Origin: an uncultured delta proteobacterium
GTDB taxonomy: Bacteria; Myxococcota_A; Polyangia; Polyangiales; B10-G4
Direction: 5' to 3'
NCBI GenBank assembly: GCA_963727445.1
Contig: CAVSGI010000005.1
Coordinates: forward strand, 64,001 to 128,000
DNA length: 64,000 bases
This document shows positions 20,422-32,121 of this stretch, piece by piece. Numbering within the stretch: position 1 is the stretch's first letter; each line of letters begins with the position of its first letter. Made by a program: the position numbers and the translations under genes. Below the pieces are notes generated by a model. The model ran no database searches and was not told where the DNA came from. It saw nothing but the letters and a program-made list of their open reading frames with translations.

Positions 20422-21639
20422 ATGCAGAACGCCGAAGTGATCGGGACCGAAGACGTGGTCCGGGCGGCCGGCGCGGCCCAGGCGCACGAGGCCAGGGGCC
20501 CTCTTTCGCGCTTCGCCTTCGCGGTGCTCTCTCGACAGGCCGAAGGACAGACGCTCTTCGCCGGCAAGAAGCACGTCGACACCCTCGCCGAGGAGCACGG
20601 CGTCAGCCGCGAGGATGCGGCGACCGAGCGGGGCAATGTCCTCGAGATCTTCGAGCGCGGCGCGGACACGAGCGCCGAGCGCAGCCTGGTCGCATCCTTC
20701 GCCGTCGCCGGCCTCTCAGCCGAGCTCGCGGAGGGCGACGCCACACCCACGCTCACCAGCTTCGTACGCCATGCCGACTGGCTCGAGACGGCAACCCCCT
20801 ACGCCATCTACGCGTTCGTCGACCACGTGCTGAGCGTCGAAGACGCGGCGCGGGTGTGGGACGCCGTCGCCGATGCCTGCGTCAGCGCGCGTCCTGCGCC
20901 GCTGGACCACGCCGCTCGGGCCGCTGTTTTCGTTCGCATCTCGGCGCTGGCCGCCTCGTCCAGCGACGCCGCCAAGGAGGCCCTGGCGCGCGTGGCCAAG
21001 CACGCCGCGGATCCGGCGCTGCGCGCGGCGGCGGCCTTCCGCGCCGGCGACGACGCCCAGGGGAACGAGGTCGAGGGGCGACCGTCGCGGATCGGCGGCA
21101 CCCGTGGCCGCGTGCGCGGAGGCGCGTTTCAGGAGACGCTGCGCATCGTCTCGGGATGGGCGCTGCTGACCTGGGGGGCGCGCCTGTTGGCGTCGTTGGT
21201 GGGCCTTTCGCGGACAGTCGAAGCGGCGCTCTCACCGAACGGCATCGAGCTCAGGTCGCAGATCCGCCTTCTCGGCCGTGTGGTTCGCGAGCAGGAGGAG
21301 CTGATCCCGCTCAGCGGCCTCGCGCGCATCACCCGAGACGTGCGCTATCCGGTGATCCATCTGCTCGTGGGTCTCACGATGCTCTCCCTCGGAATCCTGG
21401 TGGGCGGGGTGATGGCGGTCGACGCCGCGCGGAGCGGCGCCACCTGGTTCTTGGTGCTCGGTGCGCTGCTGATCCTCGGAGGCGCCGGCCTCGACCTCGC
21501 CATCGACGTCCTCATCCCGGCGCGTCGTCGTCGCGTGGCCATCGAGCTCGCCCCCGCGGGGGGCGCGCCGCGCCGCATCGAGGGCATCGGCGCCGAATCG
21601 GCCGAGCGCTTCATCGAAGCCGTGCGCGCGAAGCTCTGA
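20422..21639 (+). CDS. Hypothetical membrane protein
   Basis: 405 aa ORF with a helical N-terminus and 2-3 C-terminal TM segments; co-oriented with the two upstream genes. Confidence 0.7.
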   Translation: MQNAEVIGTEDVVRAAGAAQAHEARGPLSRFAFAVLSRQAEGQTLFAGKKHVDTLAEEHGVSREDAATERGNVLEIFERGADTSAERSLVASFAVAGLSAELAEGDATPTLTSFVRHADWLETATPYAIYAFVDHVLSVEDAARVWDAVADACVSARPAPLDHAARAAVFVRISALAASSSDAAKEALARVAKHAADPALRAAAAFRAGDDAQGNEVEGRPSRIGGTRGRVRGGAFQETLRIVSGWALLTWGARLLASLVGLSRTVEAALSPNGIELRSQIRLLGRVVREQEELIPLSGLARITRDVRYPVIHLLVGLTMLSLGILVGGVMAVDAARSGATWFLVLGALLILGGAGLDLAIDVLIPARRRRVAIELAPAGGAPRRIEGIGAESAERFIEAVRAKL

Positions 21640-21645
21640 CTCCGC

Positions 21646-22473
21646 TCAGCGCAGGTCGTCGCCCAGGATCGGCAGGTGCGCGACGTTGAGAGCCGAGCGG
21701 ACGATCTGGTACGCGGCGGGGTCGGGCTGCACGAAGCGCTCGACCTGGAGGATGCCCGCCAACACTTTTCTGCCGTCCGGGTCCTCGTGGATCCGGCTGA
21801 AGGCATCCACCACCTGTGCCGTCAGCTCGTCGCCGAGAGACAGGGGCGCGCACACCACGTCGTGAGGAATGGTCCGAGATTCGAGGATCACCCGCATCTC
21901 GGCGCCGTGGTCGGTCCATCCGGCGCTCAGCACCGCGGAGCTCGGGTCATCGGCGACGTTGCGCACGTAAGTCGCACCGACATCGACGTTGCCGCTCTCC
22001 ACGGCGCGCACCACCGCTTCGTGGCTGCGGAAGAACTCTTCCTGGGCGAAGATCCGATTGGGGTGCAGACCCCGGGACATGAGGGCGAAGCGCGGGAAGA
22101 GGAAGCCGGCGGCGGAGTTGGGGTCGACCCAGGCCACCACCGTGTCGGCGAGGTCGTCCGGGGTGGTGATGTCACTGTCGGGACGGGCGAAGATCGCGCC
22201 GCGGTAGAAGCCGGGTGGACGCCGCTCGACGCCCAGCAGGAGCTGCGTCGACTGCATCTGATCCTTCACGCGGACGAAGACGGCGGGCGGAAGCCACGCG
22301 AGGTCCAGCTCTCCGTTCAAACAGCGCCGCATCAGCCGCGTGTAGCTCCGCGCGGTGACCAGGGTGACGCGCAGATTGAAGGAGCGCGCCAAGAGCTTCG
22401 CGAAGCGCTCGCGCAGCTCCTTGCCACCTTCGCTGAGCGCGACCGGACCGATGCCGAAGGTGATCTTCTTCAT
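21646..22473 (-). CDS. Phosphate/phosphite/phosphonate-binding (PhnD-like) domain protein without signal peptide
   Basis: SYTRL...GELDLAWLPP, YRGAIFAR, VAWVDPNSAAGFLFP, SHEAVVRAVESGNVDVGA and IPHD. Confidence 0.8.
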   Translation of the reverse strand: MKKITFGIGPVALSEGGKELRERFAKLLARSFNLRVTLVTARSYTRLMRRCLNGELDLAWLPPAVFVRVKDQMQSTQLLLGVERRPPGFYRGAIFARPDSDITTPDDLADTVVAWVDPNSAAGFLFPRFALMSRGLHPNRIFAQEEFFRSHEAVVRAVESGNVDVGATYVRNVADDPSSAVLSAGWTDHGAEMRVILESRTIPHDVVCAPLSLGDELTAQVVDAFSRIHEDPDGRKVLAGILQVERFVQPDPAAYQIVRSALNVAHLPILGDDLR

Positions 22474-22501
22474 GCGAAGAGCGACGATATCACCTGGAGC
22501 A

Positions 22502-23548
22502 TCACTCGCGACGGATGATCTCGTCCGCCGGCGGGATGGGAACCTCTTCGGGCCGATCCCGAGGTGGCGGGGGATCGAGGATCGCGACCAGGACGTCGAG
22601 GGCCAGCTCGAGCCGCTCTTCGTCGAGGTCGAGGGACGCGCGCACCTCGGAGCTCTGAGCCTCGACCGAGAGACGCGAGAGGATCGGTCGCGCCACCGCC
22701 GCCGCTATCCCACCGGCTTCGAGGGCGTCCTCGAGGGCCCGGGAGAGCGCCTCGCTGGCCTGCTCCGCCTGGCGAGAGTCGCGCATCCGCATCACCGCCT
22801 CCATCTCGAGCCCCGAGCGAACGGTGGCCCCCAGGCCGAGGGCGCGCGCCCCCCCAATCGCTTCGAGCTCCGTGTCCGTCGACGCACGAAGCCGCTCGCG
22901 AATCGCGCGCCGCCAACCTTCCGGCACGTGCGCCACCAGGATGGCGTCACGCCCAGGCGAGACCTCGTCCCAGAGCGCCGCCAGCACCGGGTCGCGCCGC
23001 GCGCTGGCCGTGTCGCCGCGAATGGCGGCGATGATCTCCCGGACCGTCTCCTCGTCACCACCGGCGATTCCGTCCCGCCCGATGAACGCGGCGCGCGAGC
23101 TGCCCCGCCCGCGCACCGCGGGCACCCCGTCGATATCCGTCCGATGGAGCTCGCCTCCGTCCGCCTCCACGACCTGTCGGACGCAGTCGCCGAGGGCCTC
23201 CGGCTCGAAGTGTCCACGCGCGAGCAGACCGACGCGGGCGAGATCCCCGGGCGCGTCTCCGGAGGCGAAGGCGGTGACCTTGGAGATCGAGGAGAGGGGG
23301 TCTCCTCCGCAGAGATCCTCGATCCTCCGGAGGCCCCCCTCGCCGCCGCGCTCCACCACCATCCGCTGCCAGAGCGTGGAGTCCCTGAGGGCCGGCACGT
23401 CCACGACCAGGATCGCGGTCGTGCCGCGCGGCACGGCGGCCAGGGGATCCCCCGGCAGCTGCAGGCTGCGCCCCGTCAGCCACCACGAGAGCAGCCCGAC
23501 GGACACGATGATCCCGAGGAGTAACGCGGTGTTGCGCCGGCTCTTCAC
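22502..23548 (-). CDS. Hypothetical membrane-anchored exported protein
   Basis: N-terminal TM followed by DPLAAVP...VVDVPALRDS; two Cys. Confidence 0.65.
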   Translation of the reverse strand: MKSRRNTALLLGIIVSVGLLSWWLTGRSLQLPGDPLAAVPRGTTAILVVDVPALRDSTLWQRMVVERGGEGGLRRIEDLCGGDPLSSISKVTAFASGDAPGDLARVGLLARGHFEPEALGDCVRQVVEADGGELHRTDIDGVPAVRGRGSSRAAFIGRDGIAGGDEETVREIIAAIRGDTASARRDPVLAALWDEVSPGRDAILVAHVPEGWRRAIRERLRASTDTELEAIGGARALGLGATVRSGLEMEAVMRMRDSRQAEQASEALSRALEDALEAGGIAAAVARPILSRLSVEAQSSEVRASLDLDEERLELALDVLVAILDPPPPRDRPEEVPIPPADEIIRRE

Positions 23549-23644
23549 CCGCGCTTCATCGCATGGAAGGGCGGGCGGGTCGACCCCCGGGACAAGCGGG
23601 AGGGATGTGGTATAAGCGCCTACGCCCTCTTACATGGAGGCCTG

Positions 23645-24103
23645 ATGCCCGAGCGTCCCCTGGTTCTGATCTTGAGCGAAGACGAGCTGCTCAGCGAGCT
23701 GCTCGCGGAGCGTTTCCGTCAGGACCACCTCGAAGCGCACACGGCCAGCGACCTCCACGAGGCGGCCACGAAGAGCCGCGAGATCACCGCCCGGGTCGTC
23801 GTCATCGACGCGATGAGCGATTCGCGTCTCGCCACCCAGCTCCTCGACGATCCCTATGCGGTCTTCGCCGGCGAAGCCCAGCCACCCTTCGTGCTCCTGT
23901 GCTCGAGCTCGACGCCCGCGGCCCTGCGCGACCACGGCTTCATCGATCGTGTGATCGGCCTTCCTCAGGCGTCGGACGCCATCGTCGCAGCGGCGCTCAC
24001 CTGCGCCTCCGGCCGTGCGCGACGGGAGATGCGCAGCGGGATTCGCGTACGCTCGGCCGTCGACGAAACGTTCAAGACCAAGACCGGCTCGATCCGGCCC
24101 TGA
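23645..24103 (+). CDS. Stand-alone atypical receiver-domain protein
   Basis: GGAGG RBS; VLILSEDELL...VVVID...VLLCS...GLP (the conserved Lys is absent). Confidence 0.6.
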   Translation: MPERPLVLILSEDELLSELLAERFRQDHLEAHTASDLHEAATKSREITARVVVIDAMSDSRLATQLLDDPYAVFAGEAQPPFVLLCSSSTPAALRDHGFIDRVIGLPQASDAIVAAALTCASGRARREMRSGIRVRSAVDETFKTKTGSIRP

Positions 24104-24107
24104 GCAC

Positions 24108-27100
24108 TCATCCTCGCGCCTGGCGCTCGGCGTGGCGCGCCGCGTCCTTTCGACCGAGCCGCTTCCACTGATCGGCGGCGAGCCGCCAAGCGCTCCGCGC
24201 GCGCTCCGGCCAACCCGCCGCGCGTGCCTGCTCCGCCGCATGTACGAGGCAGCGACCGAGGTCGTCGTCGACCAGGCCGCTCTCTTCGAGGGTGGCTCTG
24301 AGATCTCGCTCGCGGGCGTTCCAACCGCTCACGTCTTTGGCCGCGGCCTCGCAGGGAAGGAGCGCCGCGTGGACGAAGACGCGATAGAAGCCGCGGCCTC
24401 CGGTCAGAAGGGCACGCTCCGCGTCCTGCAACAGGAGCGTGGCTTCGTCGAACTCGGCGCGATCGAGGAGGGTGAGCGCCAGATTCATCCGGACGTAGAC
24501 GCCGTCGTCGGAGTCGAGCTCGTCGAGGAGCCTCAGCGCTTCGCGGTAGTGGGCCTCCGCGTACTCGAGCTTGCCGCGTAGTCGGCCGATGTCGCCCATG
24601 CCGTTGAGCGCGGTGGCGATGGCGTGTCGGTTCTGCGCTTCGCGCACGTGGCCGAGGCCTGCGCGCGCCCAGCGCTCAGCGGCATCGAAGTCGCCCTGAC
24701 GCCGGCGAATGTCGGCGAGCCCGATCTCCGAGCGACCGTGATGAAGCGAATCGTCGAGCGAGGCGAAGTGTTCGATCGCGGCTTCGTAGCGCCGCGCGGC
24801 CGCGCCCAGGTCCCCGCGCAGCTTCTCGCACTCCGCGAGGCCGTGGCCGCAGCGCGCCGCCAGTCGTTCTTCTCCCGCGTCCCGCAGGGCGCGCTCGGCT
24901 TTCGCGAAGGCGGTGATGGCGGTGTCGAGATCGGCGCGCTTTTGCGCCACGCCGCCCCGCAGCCAGAGGATCGCGCCCATCAAATCGCGATGCCCGCTCC
25001 GCATCGTGGTCGCCTCGATGCCGTCGAGGATGCGTTCGGTCTCCTCGAGCGCACCGCGGACCGCGTGAGCCTCGGCGAGGCGGACCTCGTTCTCCAACAG
25101 CTCCCGGCTGCCGCTCCCGAGCTCCAGCGCCTCGATGGAGCGACGCCTCAGCGCGAGGAGCTCGCGCGCCTCCCCGAGCTCGGTCGCAGCGATGCGGGCA
25201 TCCGCCGCCCCGAGGAGCGGCTCGAGGGCGTCGTCGTACTCTTCGGCGGCGACGAGATGCCGGCCGCGGCGCTCGAGGGTCCGCGCGTCGGCTTCGGGGT
25301 AGAGAACCGCGATGGCCGAGGCGACGGCGGCGTTGTGCGCCCCCCAGCGTGCGGCGTCGCGCGCCCGCGTCTCCAGCCGTTCGCGAAGCATCCCGTGGAC
25401 GAAGGAGAAACCCTCATCGGTCGGCAGCACCATGCCGCGCGACTCGAGGGCGTCGCGCAGCCGCTCCGGAATCTCGCAATCCGCGAGGCGGCACGCGGTC
25501 TCCCACTCCACGAGGTCGACGGTGCGCCCGAGGCACGCGGCGATCTCGATCGCCCGCTCTGCTCGCGCCGGCTCTTCCATCTCGGTGAGCAGCAGGAGCA
25601 CGCGTTCGCTCCAGACGTCGCGCAGGTCGGCGAGGAGCGCCGCCGCGGCGGACCCCACCGCGGTGAGGCCTCGTGCAGAGGAAGCGAGGAGCCCACGGTG
25701 AACGAGGTCCGAGACGAGCTGCACCGTGTAGAGAGGCTGGCCGCGGGTGCGCGCCGCGACTTCCTCTCCGATCTCGGGAGAGAGTCCGAGCCGCTCGATC
25801 ACCAGCTCGCGATGTTCTTCGTCGTCGAGGGGGCCGAGGTCGAGGGTGTGGACGCGCTCTTCCTCGAGGAGCGACGTGAGGGCCTCGGCTTCCATCGGGC
25901 GCTCGTCGAGCCTCGTCGGGTCGACCGTCAGCAGGAAGAGCGCGCGCATGGGCGTTGCACGATGCGTGCGGAGTGAGTGACGCACGAAGCCGATGGCTTC
26001 GTGCGAATGTTGTACGTCGTCCAGCACCGCGACCACCGGGCGCTCCTCGCCGATGCGAAAGAGCACGCGCGCGATCACCGCCCACCGTTCCGCGGGCTGC
26101 TCCTCTTCGTGCCTGGGCCTCTGCGACAGGAGTCGCACCAGATCCTCGATGTCGGCGTCGGCGTCCTCTTCGGGGGCGAGAGCGAGACCCAGACGGATCT
26201 GCTCGACCAGCTCGGTGCCTTCCAGGTTTCGGGTGCGCAGGTGCGCAGCGAGCATCTTGGTCAGACCGTCGGCCGCCCCCGGAGTGCGCGTGAAACGCGC
26301 GACGAGCGGCGTGGCGACGCCGCTCTCGTGCGCCCGTTCGGCCAGCCAACGCGTGAGATGCGTCTTGCCCAGCCCGCTCGCCCCGCGGAGCACCATGGCG
26401 CGGGGCGTGCCTTCTGCGAAGACGCTGCCGAGGGCGTCCCAGAGCTGGTCGCGTTCGGCGAGTCGCCCGGCGAGCGGGATGGGCCGGAGGCCGAACAGAC
26501 CGAGGCCCATCGCGCGCCCGCTCGGCGTCGCTTCACCTCTCCACGTCGCCGGGAAGGGTGGGCGCGCGAAGGCGTAGGGGGTGACCTGCGGGGGCGGAGG
26601 CGCCATCGCGCCCGCGGGTGCGGCATCCACCTCGGTGACCTCGGCGATCACCACCGTCTCCTCGAAGGCCGCGAGCTCGCTGGGGTCGGGGGCGATCCGC
26701 GGCTCGTCGCGGAAGCTGTCGAGCACGAAGATGGCGTCCGCGGCGGTTCGGAAGCGCGTCTCGGGGCGCTTCGCGAGGAGCACGTCGAGGAAGTCTTGAA
26801 AGCCGGCGGGCACGGGAAAGGGCGCCGCGATGCGAGGGATCTCGGCCAGGCATTGCGCGCGACAGACCGCCAGGCGATCACGCCCCGAAAAGGGTGGACG
26901 ACCCGTGGCGAGCTTGAAGGCGAGGCAACCGACCGAGTAGAGGTCCGTCCAGGGCCCCTGCTCGCGCGAGCGGCCGAGGATCTGCTCCGGCGCCATGTAC
27001 CAGGGCGTGCCTGCGCCAGCCGCTTCCGCCTCGATCTCGTCCCCCGGTCCGAGCGCGTAGGCGATTCCGAAGTCGCTCAGCATGGGAGCGGCGCCTTCTT

Positions 27101-27563
27101 CGGGGCGCGTCAGGAGCACGTTGCTCGGTTTGATGTCGCGGTGGACGACGCCCCGGGCGTGGGCGTGTCCCAATGCTTCGAGGATCGCGCGGAGCAGGCG
27201 CGACAGCTCGTCGAAGCTTCGCGTGCGCGGTCGGTCCTTGAGTGTGCCGCCATCCACGCGCTGCATCACGAAGAAGGGACTGCCCGCCTCCAGCTTTCCC
27301 CGCGAGCGGGCCGCCTCTTCCTCCGAGACGGATCCGTAATCCAGGATCGGGACGATCCCCGGATGTTCCAGGCGCGCCATCGCGCGGACCTCGTTGCGAA
27401 TCGCCTCGCGGAGGTCCCGCTTGTCGGTCAGCTCGCGGCTGAGGAGCTTGACCGCCACCGCTCGTCCCTCGGCCTCGTCGACGCCGCCCCAGACCTCTCC
27501 CATGCCGCCGAGGCCGATCGGCGACTCGAGCACGAAGGGCCCCAGGGCGATCCGCTCGGCCAT
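24108..27563 (-). CDS. Ser/Thr kinase - P-loop (STAND/AAA16-like) ATPase - TPR protein
   Basis: IGLGGMGEV, VAVK, HRDIKPSN, DFG and GTPWYMAPE; LAGRLAER, Walker A GASGLGKT, Walker B VLDDVQ; C-terminal TPRs. Confidence 0.9.
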   Translation of the reverse strand: MAERIALGPFVLESPIGLGGMGEVWGGVDEAEGRAVAVKLLSRELTDKRDLREAIRNEVRAMARLEHPGIVPILDYGSVSEEEAARSRGKLEAGSPFFVMQRVDGGTLKDRPRTRSFDELSRLLRAILEALGHAHARGVVHRDIKPSNVLLTRPEEGAAPMLSDFGIAYALGPGDEIEAEAAGAGTPWYMAPEQILGRSREQGPWTDLYSVGCLAFKLATGRPPFSGRDRLAVCRAQCLAEIPRIAAPFPVPAGFQDFLDVLLAKRPETRFRTAADAIFVLDSFRDEPRIAPDPSELAAFEETVVIAEVTEVDAAPAGAMAPPPPQVTPYAFARPPFPATWRGEATPSGRAMGLGLFGLRPIPLAGRLAERDQLWDALGSVFAEGTPRAMVLRGASGLGKTHLTRWLAERAHESGVATPLVARFTRTPGAADGLTKMLAAHLRTRNLEGTELVEQIRLGLALAPEEDADADIEDLVRLLSQRPRHEEEQPAERWAVIARVLFRIGEERPVVAVLDDVQHSHEAIGFVRHSLRTHRATPMRALFLLTVDPTRLDERPMEAEALTSLLEEERVHTLDLGPLDDEEHRELVIERLGLSPEIGEEVAARTRGQPLYTVQLVSDLVHRGLLASSARGLTAVGSAAAALLADLRDVWSERVLLLLTEMEEPARAERAIEIAACLGRTVDLVEWETACRLADCEIPERLRDALESRGMVLPTDEGFSFVHGMLRERLETRARDAARWGAHNAAVASAIAVLYPEADARTLERRGRHLVAAEEYDDALEPLLGAADARIAATELGEARELLALRRRSIEALELGSGSRELLENEVRLAEAHAVRGALEETERILDGIEATTMRSGHRDLMGAILWLRGGVAQKRADLDTAITAFAKAERALRDAGEERLAARCGHGLAECEKLRGDLGAAARRYEAAIEHFASLDDSLHHGRSEIGLADIRRRQGDFDAAERWARAGLGHVREAQNRHAIATALNGMGDIGRLRGKLEYAEAHYREALRLLDELDSDDGVYVRMNLALTLLDRAEFDEATLLLQDAERALLTGGRGFYRVFVHAALLPCEAAAKDVSGWNARERDLRATLEESGLVDDDLGRCLVHAAEQARAAGWPERARSAWRLAADQWKRLGRKDAARHAERQARG

Positions 27564-27669
27564 GGGCCATGCTATCCCCTCGCGGGTGTCCCGCCGAGCC
27601 CGCGGGTGGGGAGTGTGACGGTGCGACAACCTTGACGAGGCGCTCCTGGCCCCGAATCATCCGAGACAC

Positions 27670-28539
27670 GTGACGGGAGCGGAGCACGCGAGGCAGCAGC
27701 CGAAGCTGCCCGAGGTGGGAACGGTTCTCGGGGAGCGATTCCGCCTCACCGAGAAGCTCGCCGAGGGCGGCATGGGAGCGGTGTACCGTGCGCACGACGA
27801 GATGATGCTTCGCGACGTCGCGGTGAAGGTGCTCCTGCCCGAGCTCCTCGACGACGCCGACATCCATCGCCGCTTCCGGCGCGAGTCCTCCATCCTCGCC
27901 GCCCTCGACCATCCGGGCGTGGTGAAGACGCTGGCGATGGGGACCGACGACGCCGGCCGGAGCTGGACGGCCATGGAGCTCCTCACCGGTGGCACGTTGC
28001 AGGCGGCGATCGAGCGAGAGGGCCGGATCAGCGCCAAGGCGCTTCTGCCCATAGTCGAGGGCATCTGCGACGCGCTCGAGGCGGTGCACGATCACGGGGT
28101 GGTGCACGGCGACCTCAAGCCGAACAACATCTTCCTGACGCCAGAAGCCCCTGGGGTGAAGCTCGTCGACTTCGGCCTGTCCAAGGTCGCCGGGCTCGAC
28201 CGCCTGACCAAGACGGGAGAGGTCATCGGCACGCCGGCTTACATGGCGCCCGAGCTCCTCACCGGCGAGAGCGAGCCCGACGGGCGCGTCGATACGTATG
28301 GGCTCGGCATCGTGCTCTACGAGGCGCTCAGCGGAAAGCAGCCGTTCGCGGAGAAGAACGCCGGCAAGCTGATGTACGACATCGTGATGGGGAAGAAGGT
28401 GCCGCTCTCCGAGGCAGCGCCCCAGGTTCCCCCCGAGGTCGTCGCCGTGGTGGACAAGGCCATGGCCAACAAGCGCGCCGAACGCTACGCGCACCCCGCC
28501 GAGCTCGCCGCGGCGTTCCGCGCGGCCGTCAGCGCTTGA
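27670..28539 (+). CDS. Cytoplasmic Ser/Thr protein kinase (kinase domain only, non-RD)
   Basis: LAEGGMGAVY, VAVK, HGDLKPNN, DFG and GTPAYMAPE. Confidence 0.9.
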   Translation: MTGAEHARQQPKLPEVGTVLGERFRLTEKLAEGGMGAVYRAHDEMMLRDVAVKVLLPELLDDADIHRRFRRESSILAALDHPGVVKTLAMGTDDAGRSWTAMELLTGGTLQAAIEREGRISAKALLPIVEGICDALEAVHDHGVVHGDLKPNNIFLTPEAPGVKLVDFGLSKVAGLDRLTKTGEVIGTPAYMAPELLTGESEPDGRVDTYGLGIVLYEALSGKQPFAEKNAGKLMYDIVMGKKVPLSEAAPQVPPEVVAVVDKAMANKRAERYAHPAELAAAFRAAVSA

Positions 28540-28542
28540 GAG

Positions 28543-29655
28543 TCAGGGGCAGCCTTGCGGCAGTCGAATCTGGGGCTTCGCGCCGCCGTAGGTGGCGGCG
28601 TAGCCCGTCATGTGAATCGCGCCGCTGACCGCGTTACAGGGAAGGTTCATGTTGTCGTCGGTGGGCTCGTCACGGATGTCGGCGGCCGCGTTGATGACGC
28701 TGTTGACGAGGTTCAGGCGAAGGTCTCCCGACGCCGGACAGAGCGCGAAATAGGCGACGATCTCCTGCAGGTCGGCGATGCTCCACCGTCCGCTGAGCGT
28801 GGCGCCGCCCGGTGTGATCCCTCGTCCGGAGACGGGAAGCGGCACCGTGAGCTGCGCGTCCTGCAGCCCGACGTCGACGTATCCGGCGTCGACCGGAAAG
28901 CGTAGCGCAGCCTCGTCGGGAACGGGCGCGACGAGGAGCCCGCCAGTCACGTAGGCGGCGCTCTGGACCACCCGTGCCTGCATCGGATCGGACATCGCGA
29001 GCGAGTCTTGGCTCACGTAGAACGTGTCGCTGCCGTCGAAGGCCAGCGGGGTCGCGGGATCCGTCTCCGGATCGCAATCCGAGTCGGAGGACGCATGACC
29101 ACAGACGGTCTGCATGAAGTCGACCTCCACCGTGTGGTCCTCCGACGTGCCGTTCCAGCCGCGGACGCGGACCAGGAGGTTCACGACTCCCTTCCGCTGC
29201 AGGGCCCAGAGATCCGCCTGCGGATCCATCATCAGCATCATGAAGTAGTCGCGGGCGCCGGGGACGACGCGCGCGGCGAAGGCGTTGTCCACGCCACGCT
29301 CTTCGTCCGAAATCACCGAGTCCGAAGTACACGACGCGGTCTCGGTGCCGCTGGTGCAGCGCTGGTCGAGGTTGTAGCCGAAGTTGGAGGTCTCCGGGAA
29401 GAGCTCCCAGTCGACGAAGACGAAGACGTGCTCCATGCCGTCGTCTCCGTCCTCCATCGCGGGGCGCGGAGGAAGCTGGCCGCTGAGGCAGAGGAGGGGA
29501 TCGACCGTTCCCGTGTCGACCGCCGCGGTGTCCGTCGTCGCGTCGGCCACCCCCATGTCCCCGCGCATGCGGGGGATGATGATGGCGCTATCGCAGGCCA
29601 TCGCCTGCATCAGGAGCGCGCCAATCAGAAGTCGCCCGACCACCATCTCCATCAT
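28543..29655 (-). CDS. Hypothetical Cys-containing lipoprotein
   Basis: Lipobox AMA-C; GYNLDQRC-T...C...D...GVDN and C-terminal PCNAVS pattern, as in myxobacterial secreted proteins. Confidence 0.75.
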   Translation of the reverse strand: MMEMVVGRLLIGALLMQAMACDSAIIIPRMRGDMGVADATTDTAAVDTGTVDPLLCLSGQLPPRPAMEDGDDGMEHVFVFVDWELFPETSNFGYNLDQRCTSGTETASCTSDSVISDEERGVDNAFAARVVPGARDYFMMLMMDPQADLWALQRKGVVNLLVRVRGWNGTSEDHTVEVDFMQTVCGHASSDSDCDPETDPATPLAFDGSDTFYVSQDSLAMSDPMQARVVQSAAYVTGGLLVAPVPDEAALRFPVDAGYVDVGLQDAQLTVPLPVSGRGITPGGATLSGRWSIADLQEIVAYFALCPASGDLRLNLVNSVINAAADIRDEPTDDNMNLPCNAVSGAIHMTGYAATYGGAKPQIRLPQGCP

Positions 29656-29660
29656 GCCCT

Positions 29661-30564
29661 TCAGAAGCGCCCGGCGCACACAACGGCTCCCAGCCCCGGC
29701 ATGCAGAGCGCCGCTGCCTCGCCAGGCTCTTCGTCGCGCGCGTCGTCGGTGAAGAATAGAACGAGGCCCGTGATGCCGGCGGCGAGCGCGACGGTCGCCA
29801 TGGCCAATGTGAAGCCGAGTGCGCCGTCGCGCTGGCCCGCCAGCGTGCCGAGGTTGGTGCATCTGAACATCGGGTCGGCGTCGGCGGCGGCGCATTTGTC
29901 CGCTTCGTTCTTGCGGTTCACGTACCAGCCGAGGCCGATGCTCGTGGCCGCCACGAACGCGCCCGCGGTCGGCAGGAGGATCCACGGCCACGGCGAGGGC
30001 TCCGGCGGTGGTGGGGGTGGGGGTGGCGGAGGGATCTGGTGCAGCACCACCCGAAGGTGCTTGCCCTCGCCGCCCTCCACGGTGAAGCGCAGCGTTTGGG
30101 GCTCGTAGCCTTCGGCTTCCACGGCGAGGGAGTGGTCGCCGGAGTTGACGTAGATGTTTCCCTGACGGTCGGGCATCACCGGCTCGAGGTCGAGGGTCAC
30201 GCTCGCGTCTGTAGGGACGGTCTCGACGTAGAGGTGGCCGAGAAACGAGGCGGCCCGCTCGCGAAGCGCGACCGTCTGCGCGCGCATGCGCCGGGGAAGG
30301 GGACGCACCTCGCTGTCCAACGCTTCGCCGAGGGTCAGGTAGGCATCGACGTAGTCTCTGAGCTCGAAGGAGGCCATGCCGATGCCGCGCAGCGTGCGCG
30401 CGTTGGGGAAGCGAGCGTGCGCTTCCTGAAAGAGCACGCGCGCCTCCTCCCAGTGCGCGGCGCCGAACTCGTCGAGCGCCTCGTCGATGGTCCGGCGATA
30501 GACGCGATCATCCTGCGCGGATGCGCTCGAGGCGAGCACGAGCGCCGCGAGCGCGAGCAGGCAT
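29661..30564 (-). CDS. Secreted TPR + PEGA domain protein (start apparently displaced by a 1-nt indel)
   Basis: Signal [19 protein letters not shown] ([12 protein letters not shown]...[18 protein letters not shown]); PEGA ([13 protein letters not shown]...[14 protein letters not shown]); poly-Pro; hydrophobic hairpin; ends AGRF. ATG at 30564 is one base out of frame. Confidence 0.8.
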
Positions 30565-30571
30565 GTCGCGG

Positions 30572-32116
<1,545 letters not shown>

Positions 32117-32121
32117 TTACC

